This document shows, one piece after another, positions 46,742 to 58,116 of a DNA stretch of 64,000 nucleotides. Source of the stretch: Neodothiora populina (Eukaryota); the NCBI RefSeq assembly GCF_041146345.1, contig NW_027191411.1, forward strand, positions 868,001 through 932,000. Reading direction: 5' to 3'. A model generated the notes under the pieces. It was not told the origin of the DNA, did not search any database, and saw only the letters and a program-made list of their open reading frames with translations. The position numbers and the translations under genes were made by a program. Position 1 is the stretch's first letter. Every line of letters starts with the position of its first letter.

Positions 46742-47288
46742 TGAGATCGACTGACACAAGAAAGAAGACTACTATTAATACAAGGAAAGTGTTTCGTTCC
46801 CCTCCGGCACTCTATTCGCCCGACTCCGTTGAGTGACCTGTACAACGCTCTCTCCTCTGCGCCCTCTGGAACAAAAAAAAAGTGAAACTTAATCATCTAG
46901 TCCGTCAGTGGTGGGAGGATGCAGGACTCATATGACCCTTCGACACTTATCTCCGTGTGCTTGGCACATGAGAATGCCATCCTACCATGCAAGAGGGCAA
47001 TGTAAGCTTACGACTGGACTACAGTGGCTGGGGTGTAGTGACTTGGTATTAGGCAGCATAGATACATGACTCCTAGTTTATGTCGTGGGAAAAGAGACTC
47101 CAAGAATATCCACGCGCCGACTCGATCACATTATTATCCATTGTTGGCAAGTACAGAGATAAGAGCTGCGAGATCACAAGCCGACCGAACACAAAGAAGA
47201 CGGCCGGAGCGGCTGACCCTGCACGATCCACCACAGTCGGGCTTCGGAACAATATATGGGACTTGTATAGTACTCCGCGCCCGAGTCA

Positions 47289-49053
47289 TCATGCGCCGCC
47301 TTTCCTCGATTTGAGGTTCTCTTCGATGGTCTTAATCATCTCGTTGCCCACGCGCGTAGCCTCTGGGAAGCGAGGTGCAAAGTATGCTTGGATCCCCTCG
47401 AACTTCTCCCGGTAGCCATCCATGTTGCCCAGGTTCACACGCTCACTCCAGTCCCGTGCCGCAAAGGTAAACTCGAGATCGTCTGCTCGGAAAGATGTGT
47501 CTTCGATTGCAGTCTCGACGACCTCCTCCAGAAGTTCCTGGTTCCTGAAAAGGTATTCGGTTATACCCAGCCATAGACGGAATAGCTGCATTAGGTAGTC
47601 TGGTCAGAAACAATGAGGCAGTATGTCTGCGAATTCACTTACTGGTGTCGAGCATATCATGTGATCATACGGCACTATACCAAGCTGCCACCAGCAGTCC
47701 ACCATGGCCAGCAGACTAAGATGGTTATTCTTGACTCTTTCTGCAGGCTTCTCGCCCAAGCTGAATCGGTTGAGTAATTCATCTTCGAGTAACAGCTCAT
47801 GTTCGTCCGAGCCCTTTGTTTCCATTTGACCAAACACTGCTTGTCTTGCTGTCTCGATACGCTGTCTGAGCTCTTCTTTATGTCCACCGAGCATCAGCTT
47901 GAACAGCTCCGTCACTGACTTGGCGTACTGTTTGATCTGCCTTTGTGCTGCAGGGTTCAGGATTGCCAAACCAGCATAGACATGCCACTTGTTGGCATAG
48001 ATGCGCAGTGTAATGTTGATCTTGACATTCTCAATGCCGCCGACATAGCGTGGAATCTCCCAGGGGAACTGGTTGTTAGCTGCCCAAGCAGTACCCATGC
48101 TGAGGAAGGCTGCATGTGTGACGGCTTGCGTGTCAGCTGTGATACGGTCATGTAACTCTGCAGTGAGCTTGACATGCTTCGAGCCAAAGCAGGACAGCAT
48201 CCTTTCTACAAGAGCAAAGCTTTTATCTGATGCCCGATGCTGGATCAGGACCAAGGGCTGCCCCTTGGGGCTCACTCCAGGGCCATGCAGCGAGTGACAC
48301 GACACGATCTCAACATCTGCAGGCAAGTGCTTCTCGAAGGCTGCCATCTCGGGAGCCTTGCACGAGGTTTGGCCTCCAACGATAGCCCCTAGCTTTGTTG
48401 AAGGGCCGTAAGCAGAGACAACCGCATCGATGTTTCGGGCTTCGACACTGTAGATGATATAATCACTGCTTCTCGACACGAAGTGGCCATTTTTGAATAT
48501 CGTAACATTATTCTGCTGAAGCCTCAGCAAGACTATCTAAAGGAACTATATACAGACATGATTCATACATTGTCATTAAATGATTGCCGTAGCGAATCGT
48601 ACTTATCTGGGACATCGCAAGCGTGAACCCTGTGGGCAAGGTCTATTAGTGGCCGTGATCATTGCGGTGGTAGTAAAATTCTGCATCCAACGTTAGCTCA
48701 AAGGTTTGCATTGATCTGTTCGTTGAATTGTATAGTGGTATGGGAGAAAAGCTTTTCAGACAAAAAAAATTAAGGTAGCTGAGATTTTACATCATCGACG
48801 ACAACAGGGTCTCTCCAACTGAAACAGTGAAGAGGTGCCCCACTGCCATACTCGAGCCAAATGCACTCAAGTCATCATTGCAGAGAGGTGTAGAGATAGT
48901 GGTGGAAAGGGGGAGTTCGAACGTACCATTTCAGTGTTTGCAGCTGCGATCGGCAGACGTTGATGCATACCTCCATCCGGCCTCGCTCAGTAGGCGCGCA
49001 TACATCATCCCCATATCGCCCATACCGATCAGGCCAATGACTTCGTCACCCAT
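47289..49053 (-). CDS. TYR1: Prephenate dehydrogenase (NADP+). Exons 48971-49053, 48569-48629, 47643-48515 (or 48512), 47289-47585
   Basis: IGLIGMGDMG Rossmann motif, NGHFVSRSSDYIIYSVEA, GGQTSCK, CHSLHGP, HDRITADTQAVTH and PYDHMICSTPLFR. Confidence 0.95.
48752..48883 (-). ncRNA. snR13: Box C/D snoRNA, snR13-like (large-subunit rRNA 2'-O-methylation guide), intronic in TYR1
   Basis: Box C ATGATGA (48878-48872) and box D CTGA (48759-48756). Elements GCATTTGGCT (48864-48855) and GCTACCTTAA (48779-48770) are both antisense to LSU rRNA TTAAGGTAGCCAAATGC. The string TGAGTGCATTTGGCTCGAGT...AGCTACCTT...TCTGA matches yeast snR13 as I recall it. Ends are approximate. Confidence 0.88.
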
Positions 49054-49379
49054 GTTTGCGAGTTATGCTGCCTCGCAGCAAGCTAGAGCTCTACAACGCT
49101 AAGGTAGACAATCCAGTAAACAAGAAGCAATCGACGTACAATATGAAGCCGATTATGATCGTGTGTTACTTGGACGCAGAAGATGATTGGAGAAAATCTA
49201 GGTGAAGTCGAAGCGCGTGAGAAAGTTTATGTATGGGCGGTGCCGGCGAAACACCGGGCTTGGCGGATTCGTCTCTCCCACTCTCCATTTCTTCCAGCGA
49301 AGCAGCGCGAAAAGTTGAACTTTGGTTTGGTCGTCGAACAGTGCACATTTCGCCAACAACCAGTGAATACTAATCAAAA

Positions 49380-50186
<807 letters not shown>

Positions 50187-50635
50187 ACGCCAGGCTCTTT
50201 CTCAAGAGTCTGTGGTGGAGGATATACCTCTGCTTTGTCTGTTAGGAGGGACAACATGGAACTGGCGAAATGTGACACTGTCGCGCGAGACGGCTATGGC
50301 CTGGCTTGCATCAATCTACTTATTCGCATAGGACATGTTATCCTATCGTGACCACACTTTTATCTTTCCGTCTTGTTCTTCGTTGCAATGTGAAACTTTC
50401 TCTCTATAAAGTTATAGTAGTCTGCCCAGAGAGGAAAAAGGTGATTTCATTGTTTGCATGGAGATCCACATGACCTCCTTTGTCCGATGCAACCTGGTCG
50501 TAAAGGCAGACTGCGCCCTGGTAGTGAAAATACATCAAAACTCCCTCCCATGCATATGTTTTATAAACCTGATCCTCAACGCCAGTCAATCCCTGGACTC
50601 CACAAACCATCTCCTTGATAGTTGAAAGTGGCTCA

Positions 50636-51493
50636 TCAGTTCCCTTGCTCCGTGTCGCCGAGCAGACGCGCCGTTAGCACGTAGCTGAATATGCAAGCCA
50701 TGACGATATACAGTCTGTTCTTGCGGAACCAGCCCTGGCCAGCTCCACGAGCGGCCTGTCCCCCTTCAACGACAGCGCCCAAACCGGCATGACTCCCAGC
50801 AGGACGTCTCCTCAGCGCAGAAGTCTCCGGCGAGCAAGGGCTGGCGGGAGCAGGAGGCAGCACGGCCTTTCCAGTCGCGGGATCGATCTTGTTGTCCTCC
50901 ATCCACTTCCAGTTCTCCTCGTCCAACTCGGGCCACTCCTCCTTGAATTTCTTGCCGCCGTCACCTGCTCTGATGGCGCCGAAGCCACGCGAATTGCTGT
51001 TTGGTGTTGCTGTCGTTGTGGAAAGAGCAGGAATAGTACGATTGGACGAGCCGCCTCCGGTGCTGTTCCACCACTTGGTGCGGGCGGCGAAGACACGGCG
51101 CTCGGCCGGGGTGGCAGAGAGCGAGCCGGTGGTCATCTCCTCGCTGGTCATGAAAGACTGCAGGCCGAGAAGGATGGTGCTGACTTCCCAGGCCGGGTTG
51201 AAGCTTTTCGGATGGAAATCACTGATGCTCAGACACAGACGTGTCGAGGGCTGGAAGCGACCGCTCGGAGTGTGCATGCGGATGGCGGGAGGTGCGAAGG
51301 GGTAGTCCGGGGGGAACACCAGGGTGCCCCAGTATTGCCCGCCTTCATAGGGGGTCTCTGGGGGTCCGGTGAGGATGTAGTGCCATTCCAGAATGTTGGA
51401 TTCCGAGGGATGTGCGGTGATGAAGGGTGGGGGGTTCTCGGTGATGTTCTTGTATTCCTTTGTGAGACGCTTGTGCGCGGCGCGGGTAGCCAT
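50636..51493 (-). CDS. UBC6: ER tail-anchored ubiquitin-conjugating enzyme E2 (Ubc6/UBE2J2)
   Basis: MATRAAHKRLTKEY, TPSGRFQPSTRLCLSISDFHP with the catalytic Cys, and a C-terminal transmembrane helix. Confidence 0.95.
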   Translation of the reverse strand: MATRAAHKRLTKEYKNITENPPPFITAHPSESNILEWHYILTGPPETPYEGGQYWGTLVFPPDYPFAPPAIRMHTPSGRFQPSTRLCLSISDFHPKSFNPAWEVSTILLGLQSFMTSEEMTTGSLSATPAERRVFAARTKWWNSTGGGSSNRTIPALSTTTATPNSNSRGFGAIRAGDGGKKFKEEWPELDEENWKWMEDNKIDPATGKAVLPPAPASPCSPETSALRRRPAGSHAGLGAVVEGGQAARGAGQGWFRKNRLYIVMACIFSYVLTARLLGDTEQGN

Positions 51494-52099
51494 GGTAGCA
51501 GGGTGATCTTGTGCTTGATACTTATTTGTTGGTTTATCAGTGTCGTTGATGGTTGGTGTCTAAGTCGTATGTGAATCTGATATATATATATACATAAAGA
51601 AGAAAAAGGGACGGTCCTCGGTGGAAAAGTGTGAGTATTAATACTTGGAGTAAATCGGGTGAAAGTGAATTGAACCGAATTGAATGCAACAGACTGAAGG
51701 TACAAATGTGGGCAAGGAAGAGGAAGGAGACAGACAAGACGTCAGCATCAATCGACACCGTAAGGCAGCCACAAGCCACATTTCGTCAAGCCACATTCAC
51801 AAATCCAAGATAAGGTACAAGTACTTGTAGGTACAAGTACCTAGGTAACAAAGAGAAAAGGTTGTGGCGGGTGGGATCGGAGATTGGGACTCTCCAACAT
51901 CCGATGTTACAAGCAAAGTACAAGCAAAGTACAATCACAAGCAAACGTAGAGCTGCTGATCTGGTCCGAGCTTGGCTTTACTGATCCAAACACTGGATTA
52001 ATTGCTTCCTCTGCGACGCATCAGAAGAGTGCCGTTGATACTATACTAATACCTCATATTACTCTTGACCCGGCATTCCCGTCGTCAGTTGCAGGCTCA

Positions 52100-53762
52100 A
52101 TGGCGTCGGAAAAGGGTGATGATGTGAGTCTCGATGTGTGTCTCCGTCGTCAAGGTCAACCTGCCACTGACACTACCAACCGCAGCTCTTCTCGAGACTG
52201 AAGCAGCCCGTGGACCAAAAGGCCGTCTCGGACAAGGAGCGTGACCTCAATGCTCGCATAGAAGCACAGAACCTCAAGGCGCAGCAACGACAAGCCGAGC
52301 TGCTCTCATTGAACTCGACAAAGCCCGTCACCATCTCGTCCGTCCGTGTCTTGCACGCCACCCACACCCGCAGAGGTTTCCTCGAGAAGGTTTTCGATCC
52401 CATCCTTAGCCACAACCAGGATGCTCCTTACACTCTGCAAGAGGCGCTGCGCAACCTCGGCGGTGCCGTTGACAAGTTGAACAAGTTTGGTGCGTGTCGC
52501 GCGTGGAATACAATGCTTGATTGGCCGCCGGTCTGACCCGTCCAGGCATCTTCAAGCGGCCCATCTCTACCTATATCGATCTCCCTGATCAGACCGATGC
52601 ATCCACTTCGGCTTCCGATCTTGCCATCTTCATTTCCGCCGAAGAACGCGGCCGCTATACCATCAAGACCGGTACCGAAGCCGGCTCCTCCGAGGGCTCT
52701 GCTTTCCTCGATGTTGTCTTGCGCAACCTGTTCGGCGGCGCCGAGTCCCTGAATGCCCACGCCTCTCTAGGCACGAGGACGAGATCTGCCTACTCGGCCT
52801 ACTATGACACCCCGATTCTCAGCAACCCCGACGCACGTCTGGAGATTGGTGGTCTTGCCAGCTCTACTATCAAGCCATGGGCAAGTCACGAGGATGTGTT
52901 GAAGGGTGGCTCAGCAAAGCTCAAGTGGTTGAATGGATGGGGAAAGCATGAACTTGGCTACTCCGGCATCTGGAGACAAGTCACTGGTCTGGCCGAGAAA
53001 GCCTCGCCTACTGTACGAGCAGACGCAGGGGACAGTTTCAAGTCGAGCATAACGCATACCTGGGTGAATGACCAGAGAGACGTGCCAATGATGCCATCGC
53101 GTGGTTTCTTACTCAAGACCGTCTCTGAGATCGCTGGCTTCGGTCCCCTCAAGGGCGATGTCGCCTTTGGCAAATTTGAAGTCGAATCTCAAGGCGCAGT
53201 CCCCATTCCTGTTCCTGGCATTTCCGGCGAAAGTGGCATCTCCATGACTGCGGGTCTGAGAGGTGGTTTCTTGTACCCTCTTACTCTTGCTGGCTCCGGC
53301 GCTCCAGCCTCGACTCGCATCAACGACCGCTTCACACTTGGTGGCCCTACTGATGTCCGCGGTTTCAGGCAGGCAGGCCTGGGGCCCCGAGACGGCCAAG
53401 ATGCTGTGGGAGGTGACGTCTACGCAGCGGGCGGTGCTAGTATCTTATTCCCTGTGCCTGGCATGGGCAAGGAGACCCCTCTTCGATTCCAAACATTCAT
53501 CAATGGAGGTAGACTTCTAGCACTCCAAGACACCGCACAGGGCAAGGAAGGTGGCATGAACGGTCAAGACGTGGCAAAGAGCTTCAAGAACACAATCGCC
53601 GAGCTGCAAAACGGACTACCGAGCTGTGCTGCTGGTGTCGGTCTGGTCTATGCGCATCCCGTTGCGAGGTTCGAGCTGAACTTCTCGCTGCCTCTGGTCA
53701 TGAGGAAGGGCGAGGAGGGCAGAAAGGGCGTCAGCTTCGGTGTTGGCCTTGATTTCCTATAG
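52100..53762 (+). CDS. SAM50: Mitochondrial SAM complex beta-barrel subunit Sam50 (Omp85 family). Exons 52100-52123, 52186-52489, 52546-53762
   Basis: RNLFGGAESL, VRADAGDSFKSSI, DRFTLGGPTDVRGF, ARFELNFSLPL and a C-terminal beta-signal FGVGLDFL. Confidence 0.95.
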
Positions 53763-54852
53763 CGCACAGTTTAGATATCACCGATTTAGTCCTGGTAACC
53801 CGTCATACCTTCCGCAAAAGGACCGTTTTATGTCCACATTCGGTCGTCTCTACATGGGTGCACCCTTGTGCATCCATGCATCAGTTTTCTGTGCCTAGTA
53901 ATGTCCATGGAACACTGACGTGCTTTTGCCGAGAGGCGTGCGATGCGGAGGATACAACCCCCACCCCCTCTCGCGATCTCACTGCTGCAGGGCAATGACA
54001 CGACGCGCGCACAAGGCAAGGTAAATATTCCGATTTCGTGCCCTGTCCTAAAATAGCCCTCCAGTGATACAGTACTGTAGCAGCCCCGTCCGCCTTGGGG
54101 AAGAACGAGCACTGACGTCTCGTCACACAGTCTGGCAAACTTTCGTATTCACGCATGATGTCTGCATCTCCTATTCTCTTGGTAAAACATGTCAGCACAT
54201 ATTTCCACGAGAGGGGCCGATGCTGCTGCGACAACAGGTACCTGCTTTCCCCTCGACAACCAACTGCAATTTTGCACATCGTGAGACGTCGACGCATACG
54301 CGGGTTGTGCACAAGAGTCCAGGGCCAACGGGAAGAAGAAAATCCACGTGAACTAACGCGACGACGGTTCGAGAGATCGACACTCCATCGTGTAACAGGG
54401 GTTGTTTCACCACCAGTCCGTCCGTCATCACGTTGAGATGCGCGGGAAGCAGAGAGAGAAAAATAAAGATGGCAGGCAGTAGTACAGTACAGTCGATACT
54501 TCAATTGGATGAAATGGACGTGGGTCCATTTTTTGGCATCATATGCCTCTTGCATTCCAGAGTTCTGTAGGCGAGATCTCTCTATTCCCCATCGGTTCGT
54601 CCTCTTTGGTTCTTGTGGGACTACATATTGCTCTGATCGTCTGCTCTTTCTTGTGCAGTAGTTCTCTCATCTCATTTCTTCTCATCTCATCATAATCATC
54701 AAAAGACTTTCTACTACCCATCTATATTCTTTGTTTTTACTACATCAGCAAGAATAATTGTCTGGGTAAAGGACTAATCACCAACGATCATCCTCACCAC
54801 CACACCCATTTCAAACGAGAGAATCTTTTCTACTTTCGTATAATCCATAATC

Positions 54853-55566
54853 ATGAGATTCTCTACCATCTTCGCCGGCGCTCTCTCCTTGACAGCATTC
54901 GCCTCGGCGAGTCCTCTCACAAGCAGACGCATCAGCAATGTCACTGTCCCAGCCAACTTCTACCTAGTGACAACTAACCAACACACTCCGCTGGCAAACT
55001 CATCGGCATTGAAGAATGTCTCTCTCACGACCCTCTACGACCCTAACTATCAGCCCGACAACTTCCTGCGCACAATCAAACCGGGTTTCGCTTTCGTGCC
55101 GACCTTCAACATTTCCGACGGTGTGCTCCACTGCGAAATGGCCGGTCCTCACGGAGTCGGCGATTACGAGTACAACTCGACCCATGTCTACAGCGGTAGC
55201 GAATTGACCTTCAGAGCCGAGTATCAGGGCCATGGTGACCTGTCGCTCAAGCACGGCTATCTGCTTGCCGTCAATGGAACGGCTTCCAGTTGGACCATTT
55301 GCGAATCCAAGGGCGAGCCTGTGGTACGTGACTTTCTTTTCTGTTTCCTTTTTCACACATATGCCTCTTTATACATTGTTGCAAGGTACGGCAGTCGCTT
55401 GCAGTATAATGTTGTAATGCTCCCTGTGTTCTTGTCTCTGCTGTTCATTCTCATATGGAAAAGTTAAGCGCTGACGCGTCTTCTGTGTGACCAGGTCGAG
55501 TACAAGGGCAAAGCAGAGGGCTGTACTCCAACATATATCCAGGCCGTCGCACAAGCTCCATACTAG
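54853..55566 (+). CDS. Small secreted protein of unknown function, about 180 aa. Exons 54853-55323 and 55495-55566
   Basis: Signal peptide MRFSTIFAGALSLTAFASA, possible Kex2 site RR, and several N-glycosylation sequons. Intron GTACGT..GCTGAC..CAG gives the ending VEYKGKAEGCTPTYIQAVAQAPY*. Confidence 0.8.
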
Positions 55567-55599
55567 GGTTTCACAATTCGGATAGGCCCTCTTTAACAT

Positions 55600-55641
55600 C
55601 AACACACTCCGCTAGCAAACTCATCGGCGTTGCAGAATGTC
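55600..55641 (+). repeat. 42-bp direct repeat of coding segment 54979-55020 (39/42 identical)
   Basis: caacacactccgctggcaaactcatcggcattgaagaatgtc versus caacacactccgctagcaaactcatcggcgttgcagaatgtc. Confidence 0.9.
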
Positions 55642-55716
55642 CCTATAAGTATGCTCAAATGGGCATATTTCTCATTTGATTTCTAGCAGCTTTCTACGTA
55701 TCTCATATCAAGCCTG

Positions 55717-57330
55717 TCAGTGCATCCAGTATTGCCTTTCGTTTTCCAACATGCCATGGACTTTCTGTCCAGTCTTTCCAACAATGACCTGGCCAGGTCC
55801 CCGCTTGAGATACTGGCCATAGTCTGCTTTACCTACAACGCCTCCCTCGTCCTTGTTCCACACAACCTCTCCTCGTAGGATGGTGTACCTCGGCCAGTTT
55901 CGAACCCTCAATCCTTCAAACGGCGTATAGTCGACGCCATGGTGGAGCATGTCTTGCGTTATCGTGGTTTCGCCATTAGTACCTGGGTGCCAAATAACAA
56001 TATCTGCATCATAGCCAGGTGCAATGCTTCCCTTCCTATCAGCAAGACCATACATCTTTGCAGCATTCGTCGACGTCAGCTGTACAAACTTCGGTAAGCC
56101 AATCCTGGCCTCATCAGGAGAGAGGCATGCTTCGGACTCTGAAAACAAAAGTGCCATCCGCGTCTCAAGTCCTGGCAAGCCGTTCGGGATCTTTGCGAAT
56201 CGAGGTATGCCATCAACAAACCCGAGCTTCTTGCCATCGGGATGATCGTATTTTGATGGTGCATGGTCTGAAGACACTACGGTGAAGGTACCATTCGCGA
56301 TGCCTTGCCACAGTGCTTCGAGATCTTGGGGGTAATGTCTCAGGGGTGGTGAACACACATGTTTCGCGCCTGCAAAGTGATCGTGTGGCTTTGACTTCAA
56401 CTCCTCCGAGAGCAGGTAAAGGTAGTGCGGGCACGTTTCCGCATGGACAGGCAAAAGCCTGGTTTGTGCCTTTCTGACGTGCGTCATGGCCGTCTCCGAA
56501 GACATGTGCACAATCAGGATCGGCGCATCGACGAGCTCTGACAACGAGATGGCTCTGTAGGATGCTTCATCTTCAGCTATGCGCGGTCTTGCGACTGCAT
56601 GGAAGAAAGGATCGGTGTTCCCGTTAGCCTCGAGCCCATCGATGATCAACGCAATCATGTCCGAGTTTTCGGCATGTATCATCGTTGTCATGCCTAATGC
56701 CCGACATGCCATCATGATGCTCAGCAGTTCCCTATCGTTAAGTTTCATGGGGTCGTAAGTCATGTAGAGCTTGACGCTCGTGATGCCTTCCTTTCGAGCA
56801 ATAATTGGCAACTCATTCCGTAAGATCTCCTTGGTGGGGTTGGTCAAGATGTAGTGGAAGCCATAGTCGCAACTTGATACGCCCTTTGCCTTTGCGTGAT
56901 AGTCTTCCAGCATGGGGAACAATGACAGCTGCTCTCGCTCTTGCGTCACAAATGCAATGATGGTCGTAGTGCCGCCAGCGATAGCGCTTCGGGTACCTGT
57001 TTCGAACCCATCTCCAGTCGGCGAGTTGGCTTGTGCAAGATGTACATGGGAGTCGATTCCACCGGGTGTTATGTATGCACCTTCTGCATCCACAATCTTG
57101 GTGTTCTGGCTCGTCGGCAGCGAAGTTCCCAGACACGAGATCTTGCCGTCTTTGACACCGATCTCCAAGCCTAGGGGCAAGACTTCGCTTGCTGTGACCT
57201 ATCAATGTACTTAGAAACCTTTGTCTTGATTGTCGTCACGTCACCTGGCCTTGTAGACCTTGTCGGTAGTGGCAAGGTGATTCTCTGTACTTACAATGCG
57301 GCCATTTTTTACGACGAGATCGAACTCCAT
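55717..57330 (-). CDS. Dihydropyrimidinase / D-hydantoinase (amidohydrolase superfamily). Exons 57295-57330 and 55717-57198
   Basis: MEFDLVVKNGRIVT, PGGIDSHVH, AIAGGTTT, SVKLYMTY (carbamylated Lys), IHAEN, IVHMS, AETCPHYL, CSPPLR, SSDHAP, IPNGLPGLETR and KGSIAPGYDADIVIW. Confidence 0.93.
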
Positions 57331-58116
57331 CGCTTTGATGATAGAACTACCTTGCTACTAGGTGTGTAACCCGATCTAATCTTATCTACCAATCGGTCGA
57401 TTGCGGCTGCTGACACCAGCTTCCACCCAACAGCCTAGTCCCTAGTATCTGCAATCACAACACAAGTATAGATATTTCAGCAGGAGCGCATCTACACGAC
57501 CACAGACTTATAGTCACTATATATCTATCCACCAAACGCATCTCCCCCAGATCGGCGGAGCCGCTGCTGCTATTAGCCATGATGATGGTAACGGACGAAG
57601 TGGTCCCTCGATAAGCCGCCGCTCCTTACACCCCCGCCGCGGCGTAGATAGGGCGTTTGGCCGGAGATACGAACCCGCGACTTTCGATCACCACCGCATG
57701 CATGCACTTCTTCATGCGTATGACCTATCCGGCTAACCCAGGTCTCTGGATTCCCGAACTGCGGCGCAAATGAGCTTTGAGCTGCTGAGCAGGGCGATTC
57801 TGGCCGTGGATGTTATGTTGGCTTTGAGGTCCCGCCGGAGGTAGTTTGGGTTTGGGCTTGGGGAGTGGATATAAGTATATTTACGGTATTGCCTTGCCCT
57901 GAAGATGCCTTTGCAGCTGGTTATATTTATCTTGTGGTGAGCCGTCTGGTGTAAGGAGTGAATTGCAGGTAGTTGATACTGATAAACGCATTTCGTTCAT
58001 CATCCCTTCTCATCTCTCTTGAATTGGAGACTGTAATTGCCACCTCCCATACATCACTCTTCCAAGACCATCATATAGCAAACAAGTCCTTCAACATCGC
58101 CCCCGAAGTCTCCATC
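57331..58116. promoter_or_regulatory. Shared divergent promoter of the hydantoinase/carbamoylase pair, with multiple HGATAR sites and a CGG/CCG-rich core
   Basis: HGATAR on either strand at about 57339, 57381, 57609, 57646, 57927 and 57980. Many CGG/CCG triplets between 57550 and 57840. TATA-like elements near 57518 and 57869. Binding is inferred. Confidence 0.5.

Noticed and set aside
50789..51574. 261-aa plus ORF, and similar long antisense ORFs such as 39183-39845 and 33596-34156
   Set aside because: Antisense shadows of GC3-rich real genes.
53828..54721. 224-aa and 60-aa minus-strand ORFs
   Set aside because: Arg/Cys/Ser-rich composition typical of non-coding frames; no domain recognised.
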